A stretch of 64,000 bases of DNA. Source: Eledone cirrhosa. Its lineage: Eukaryota. The translations under genes were made by a program, and so were the position numbers. Numbering within the stretch: the first letter of the stretch is position 1; every line of letters starts with the position of its first letter. The stretch covers positions 194,618,001 to 194,682,000 of the forward strand of contig OZ024742.1 of assembly GCA_964016885.1 (NCBI GenBank). The letters are read 5' to 3'. The notes under the pieces are model-generated. The model was not told the origin of the DNA. It did not search any database and was given only the letters and a program-made list of their open reading frames with translations. Below, one piece after another: positions 57,395-64,000 of the stretch.

Positions 57395-58076
57395 TCACAC
57401 AGCCACCTTGTCCGAGCTCATGCTACGAACTGCATAATTAAAACGTCGAGTAACCACGTGATGTGGTCTCTTACACCAAACAGCATCCCTAAGTAGTCGC
57501 AGAACTACTGAATAACACTTGTAATAACTGATAGTGCTTCTGGTGTTTATTTGATGTGCATAACGCTTCAGTATCTGAAGAAAACAGTCAGCACTACCTT
57601 GATTTTGCATCATAGCAGATGAGATTTTTTTGCGGGGAAGGCCTTGGTGGCGTGAGGTGCTTCCACTGTGATGAATGAAGTTTGGTTTCTGAGTTATATC
57701 CGTATATTCTCTTTCCAGCTCTAGTTAGCATGGTATTCAGGAACTCGGGATCCTTGATAGCAGTGTCTGGCAGAATGAACATTAGACGAGTAATACAGCA
57801 AGCTGCCTTACAGTGACTGACACATCAAGCGAGTGCATCAAAATTGCTGCATGAATGAATGTATGTGGTTCTATTCTGCCCATTTTATCTCCCTAACCTC
57901 AATAAATTTCACGAGAAAACAACGCATTTTTTTCAGTAAAATCCCATGTGACATGCTCTTGGTGGCAAGGCCAGAATGACAACAAATGAGAGTAGTACCC
58001 GATGCATGATAATATGCAGAGTAGGTATAATCTAGAGATTTAGTCACACCGAGGGTGCTGGAAAATTCCTGGCTTG
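57395..58076 (-). mobile_element. Mariner (Tc1/mariner) transposase remnant, possible TIR near 58049-58076
   Basis: IYGYNSETKLHSSQWK...PRP and YY...VLRLLRDAVWCKRP match mariner transposase motifs; CGAGGGTGCTGGAAAATTCC is TIR-like. Confidence 0.7.
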
Positions 58077-58970
58077 ATTGCGGCACCAGGCACCTGGCTG
58101 GAGACCTAATATTCGGAGTTCTTATTGCAGGGCTTTAAAACTTGAAAAGGTGATATGTTGCCTCCCAAAGTGCAATGGAATGAATAGTATTACCTTTTGC
58201 GCACTAAAACATTTCAAAATGTTGACTGATGAGAAGGGACTGTGCGTTTTCTTTGTTGTTAACTCTTGTCTTTGTCCTGCCTACCCCCACACAGTAGACA
58301 ACTGATGAAGGAAAATGTTCTCCCGTTCGTGCTTTCCTCTTATTTATAAGTACACCTTATCCAGCAACTACACAGCCCCTGTTTATATATATATATATAT
58401 ACTTAAACTTTGTGGTGCTGAGACCAGGTAAACCACAAATTAGGGTAGTACTCTGTGCGTGGGAAAGAGCAGAATGGATATAAACGAAGGTATATGCCTG
58501 ACAGAGATACCGGATAGTTTTAGCTTTTATTCAGCAATCCTTCTATGCTGGGGTATGAAGATTATTTCTGGAATTTATTTAGGAAGGAAGGGATTTGGAG
58601 GGAAAAGTGGGATTTTTTATTCTTTCACCTAGATTTTACCCTCCCTTTCTATCCCTTACCCATTTCTGCCCCACCCACACCCATATTTATTTCCTCTATC
58701 CACTCGATGCCGCTTCTCTCCTTTATCCCTCTCTATCTCTTGATCCTGCTCATCCCCTCCACTCATCCCCCTCCTCATTCCCTCTCTTAGTCCAGTGCTA
58801 TATTCGTTCACCAACTTTTGACCAACGATTGAACTAAGTCCACACATTCACCTAAATCGCTTCCTACATAAATTTGAGAAAGATTATTCATACCCGAGTA
58901 TACTCTTCTGAAGGTTTGCCGCACACAGAGACCTAGCCGCGATGTGTCGCGGTCAAGTATATAACTTTCT

Positions 58971-59045
<75 letters not shown>

Positions 59046-59561
59046 AACACAAACACTCACACATACATACGTACAGAACTAATTAGAAATCTGCACATAC
59101 TCCACAGTGAATATACCTTCAGATGTATACCCGTGATTATTGGGACATTGGGATAGGTCAGTAACTGCCTCAGTACAAATTCTGAGAAGCTGGGCTTCAC
59201 AGAAACAGAAAAAACACGTCTAGTTAGGAAATTACAAGTACAATCAATTAATGGAAAAGTAAAAAAGATTCGACATGTCATAACTGCATGTAAACATGAA
59301 CAGATACAAAACGTAAAGGCGTGCTCACATATAACTCAAAACATACACATCCACACATACAATAACATCCCTACCTGTACACACACGCATGCATGCAGAC
59401 ATGCATACATGTCTATCTAGTTGATGACGTTTAAATTCCAATGAGAGAGTCTTGTGTCTATCTTAGAAACTGACTCTCTCTCTCACTCTATTGGCAAAAT
59501 TCATAAAATTATAAAACAAGGACATACATACGTAAAAACATATATATGTGTATATATAATA

Positions 59562-59700
59562 TAATTGTTTCTACTTTTTGGCACAAGGACAGCAATTAGC
59601 CAGAGCATTACTGGTACTTTATTTTATCGACCCCGTAAGGATGAAAGGCAAAGTTAACCTCGGCGGGTTTCGAACTCAGAATGGCAAGGGCCGTAACTCT
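59562..59700 (-). mobile_element. tRNA-SINE (family of 3571); another begins at ~63943
   Basis: Sequence match. Confidence 0.8.
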
Positions 59701-59740
59701 GTGAAAGAGAGTCAAACACAGATATATACATATATGCGTT

Positions 59741-60080
<340 letters not shown>

Positions 60081-60580
60081 ATATATATATATGGCGAAGT
60101 GTATTTTCCATTTTCTATTTTATTAGTAATAGTATCTCTCCTTATGCGTCACTCTTCAGACGAAATGTTGATGGAGACAGAAAAAAAGAGGAGATGTATG
60201 ATAGAGAATGAAAGAGAAAATAGTCAACGGTACATGGATATAGTTAAAGGAAATATACTTCGCAGTAAGATAACAAAGGTTACTCTCTTTTATGATCAGT
60301 GATAGTCGATAGAGACCATTTTAAAGGCTCTCTGAAAAATATCAATAGATATGATACTGCATTCGTTTAAAGCCAGACCTAATGCTGGCATAATGTCAAT
60401 TGAAGATAGAAGTAAAATCGAAATATCTTACTATGTGCACTAAACCAGAGCAATATCATAAATTAGACCATTTCTTTCTTTGCTGTTGAATTGTCTGTTA
60501 CAAATGCCGACGAAAAGTGCAAAAGTAATCATTTTCGTTGTTGTGGATGTTTCACAATTGATATACATATAGAAATATAT

Positions 60581-60656
<76 letters not shown>

Positions 60657-60683
60657 ATATCACCACTGATATCTGTATCTCTA

Positions 60684-60736
<53 letters not shown>

Positions 60737-60815
60737 CACTCTCTCTCCCTCTCTCTCCTTCTATCTCCCCCTCTCTCCCACTCTCTCCTTCTCTCTCCCT
60801 CTCTCTCCCTCTTTG

Positions 60816-60856
<41 letters not shown>

Positions 60857-60857
60857 T

Positions 60858-60913
<56 letters not shown>

Positions 60914-61015
60914 CAAGATGTATGGTAGGTCGTATGTGAATCGCGATGATCACGTCTGACTTACCAAATATGTGACGGTAGCTAGTTAAGCCCTATGCGT
61001 ATAAGCAGAGCAGAA

Positions 61016-61665
61016 ATATTAATGAAAAAGAACAAAGGAACTATTATGACATTATAACAAGTTTATTGCCGACAGCCGTTTCATGTGATTGTAAGTTCAT
61101 TATTTACATCAACGTATCACTTAAGACTAGCAGTTTGAAATTGTGGTATACATCAGCCGCTCCGCTTGTATATTTGGGGTCTATATTCTAAGAGGGCTCC
61201 TTTATATTAGTTGTCGGAATTGTAAAAGGGATGGGTTATGGGGAGTTAAGAGAATTTGAAAATGGCCTGCGAGTCAGGGATTGAAGGTTAAAAATTAGAT
61301 AATTTATAATTTACGCATTAAAAGTAAAAGACTTGGGATCTCGTAGAAGCACCTTAAAAAATCCCTCAATAAGTGCATAAAGCTTACAAGCCCCAATAAA
61401 CTTAACAAACTAGAAGAAATTAAGAGACTAATAAAATAAAATAAAATAAAATAAAAAAATATAGACCCCAAATATACAAGCGGAGCTGCTGATGTATACC
61501 ACAATTTCAAACTGCTAGTCTTAAGTGATACGTTGATGTAAATAATGAACTTACAATCACATGTTATATGCCTTGAAAAACCCGCCATGTGGTCGGACGA
61601 AACGGCTGTCGGCAATAAACTTGTTATAATGTCATAATAGTTCCTTTGTTCTTTTGCATTAATAT
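61016..61665. repeat. Inverted repeat (61016-61187 / 61458-61665) with degenerate HHR at 61569-61614 (+)
   Basis: Arms are reverse complements; TGCC-TTGAAAA-ACCCGCCATGTGGTCGGAC-GAAA-CGGCTG-TC-GGCA. Confidence 0.8.
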
Positions 61666-61720
61666 ATATATATATATATATATATTTAAAAGAATAATGG
61701 TGTAAGACACGAGTTATGAT

Positions 61721-62081
61721 ATATTGGTAAAAGGAAAAGAAAATGCTGACAAATTGTTCCCAGTGAAAAATAGTTTAATTAGGAATAAGTAAAAATTAGT
61801 AATAAGTATCGGTTAGTATTCAGTTTTGGTTTTAAGTTTTTATCGGTTGTGCATTTCTAATGCTTTTCAAAAATAATTTTGAGATAGAGCGCCCGTGATT
61901 AGAGCAAACATCACGGGCGCTCTATCTCAAAATTATTTTTGAAAAGCATTAGAAATGCACAACCGATAAAAACTTAAAACCAAAACTGAATACTAACCAA
62001 TACTTATTACTAATTTTAACTTATTCTTTATTAAACTATTTTTCACTGGAAACAATTTGTCAGCATTTTCTTTTCCTTTTA

Positions 62082-62088
<7 letters not shown>
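61721..62088. repeat. Near-perfect 368-bp palindrome (179-bp arms, 10-bp spacer) between (TA)n tracts
   Basis: ...GAGCGCCCGTGAT-TAGAGCAAAC-ATCACGGGCGCTC... Confidence 0.92.
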
Positions 62089-62136
<48 letters not shown>

Positions 62137-62824
62137 GTGTGTGTGCGCGTGTATGTTAATGTTTGCATGTGTGCATTCATATATGTATGCATCTGTGAGT
62201 CTGTGTATGTATGGAATAAAACATTTTGAAACGAGAGCTCGTTCTCTTTTACATGGTAATATATATTACTGTGATTTCTCTCTCTTGGTAGTCCTATTTT
62301 CTCAGATTACCACTGTGGAGAGTGTCGCTGGACATTGTCCACGGAAATGTCTTAACAGACTTGACCGCGGCCGCTGCCAGGACGCCACATCAACCTAGCC
62401 ATTGAGCCTGTAACCTTCATCTTTTCTCCCTTCTCTTTCTTCCGTGGCTTAATATTCCTTGCTCTTTCCCTCCTTTTCTCATTTATGACATTTATATATA
62501 TTTCCTTTACTTTCCTATACAGCCAGATCTGCCATTCTTCACACTACCCCCCCCCCCCCCTTTCATTGCTTTTATAATTACTTATGACGGCTCAATACAT
62601 AATTTAAATAAACACAAAATAATCAAAGAACTGGGAATGAATTTTACAGGAACAGCATATCTATGACGAATATAACTGCCGTGGGTACTATAACAATGTA
62701 TTAAATAGGGCTTACAGCTTTTCTTTGAATATTTATTTGTAGCAACTAGGTGTTAGTATATTTGGAAAAAGACATCAGTGTATTCATGTCGACAACTTCT
62801 AACTTGTTCGCCCACAGACAAAAC

Positions 62825-62841
62825 TACACACCAACATACAC

Positions 62842-62889
<48 letters not shown>

Positions 62890-63183
62890 TAAGACATGCA
62901 TATTTATACTTTCACATACATATATACATACTTACACACGCATATAAATACTTTCACATGCACATATACATACTTATATATGCATATTTATATACTAAGA
63001 CATGCATATATATACTTTCATATGCATATATACATACTTATATATACACACACATATATATATTTATATATATATATATATATATACTTTTACATGCATA
63101 TATAGATACTTATATATGCATATATAGATACTTACACGTTCATATACATAGTTTCACATTCATATATACATACATGTATATGC

Positions 63184-63267
<84 letters not shown>

Positions 63268-63450
63268 TAAGACATTAATATACATATATACATACTTACA
63301 TATGCATATATATATACTTACACATGGATATATATACTTCCACATGCATATATACATACTTATATATGCATATATATATACTTAGACATGCATATATATA
63401 CTTTCACATGCATATATACATACTTATATATACATATATATAGTTTCATA
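62825..63450. repeat. Degenerate TA/CA minisatellite
   Basis: Recurrent TATACTAAGACATGCATAT / ACTTTCACATGCATAT units. Confidence 0.7.
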
Positions 63451-64000
63451 ATATATAGTTACATAATCTAGAAATTAATTATAACATCATATGATAGGCA
63501 CTTACTTGAAACACCATTAATGTAATTTAGGATAATAAATTTAACTAAGAAAAATAGCTAGTTACCTCCCCTTACGCATTAACTCCGCTTGGTCACACAC
63601 ACACTTCCGGAATATAATATCATCACACAAAACTAAACAACATGACTTATTAATTAAGAATCGACATGATATGGTTTATAACTTGGTTATATGTTGAACC
63701 ATCGTGGATTATACGTGCATATGTTTTTATATGTCTCTTGTGTTGAAAAGGAGGTCAAGTATGTTATAGATCACTTAATAGTTGCTCCGAAGAATCTAAA
63801 CCTCGGTTTGGAGGAAACAATTGTAAGCAAATAAATGATTTAAACTGAACTTTGATTATTGTAATCTCTATATAACTGCTCTGTAAAACAACAGATTTTA
63901 CTACATTGAGCTATTTATCTTACTGGTAATAAGATAGTAATTAATTGTTTCTACTTCAGGCACAAGGCCAGCAAATTACCCAATGCATTACTGGTACTTT

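Noticed and set aside
58220-58330. Two CTGATGA motifs
   Set aside because: No correctly placed GAAA...UH and stem I

Overview
AT-rich, repeat-saturated animal DNA. The SINEs, LINE families and (TA)n/(AAT)n load resemble a cephalopod (Octopus-like) genome, which is an inference. No host gene is confidently visible, and most listed ORFs are microsatellite artefacts. The window holds decayed L1/Tx1, R4/Dong, CR1 and RTE LINEs, tRNA-derived SINEs, a mariner remnant and several Penelope-like elements (PLEs). One PLE has an uninterrupted 824-codon RT + C-terminal GIY-YIG ORF between ~1.2-kb pseudo-LTRs. The main hidden signal is a set of about 20 type I hammerhead ribozyme (HHR) motifs found by eye. 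Twelve lie in two head-to-head arrays of a 310-312-bp non-coding monomer (retrozyme-like, 21.2-25.8 kb). Others lie in the PLE pseudo-LTRs (with an unusually long stem II), in a 1.6-kb palindrome and in small solo units. Many of these units sit in (TA)n, and five of them are inverted with ribozyme-strand 3' ends pointing outward. This suggests an autonomous (TA)n-targeting PLE plus a family of non-autonomous ribozyme/circRNA parasites. Coordinates of degenerate repeats are approximate.
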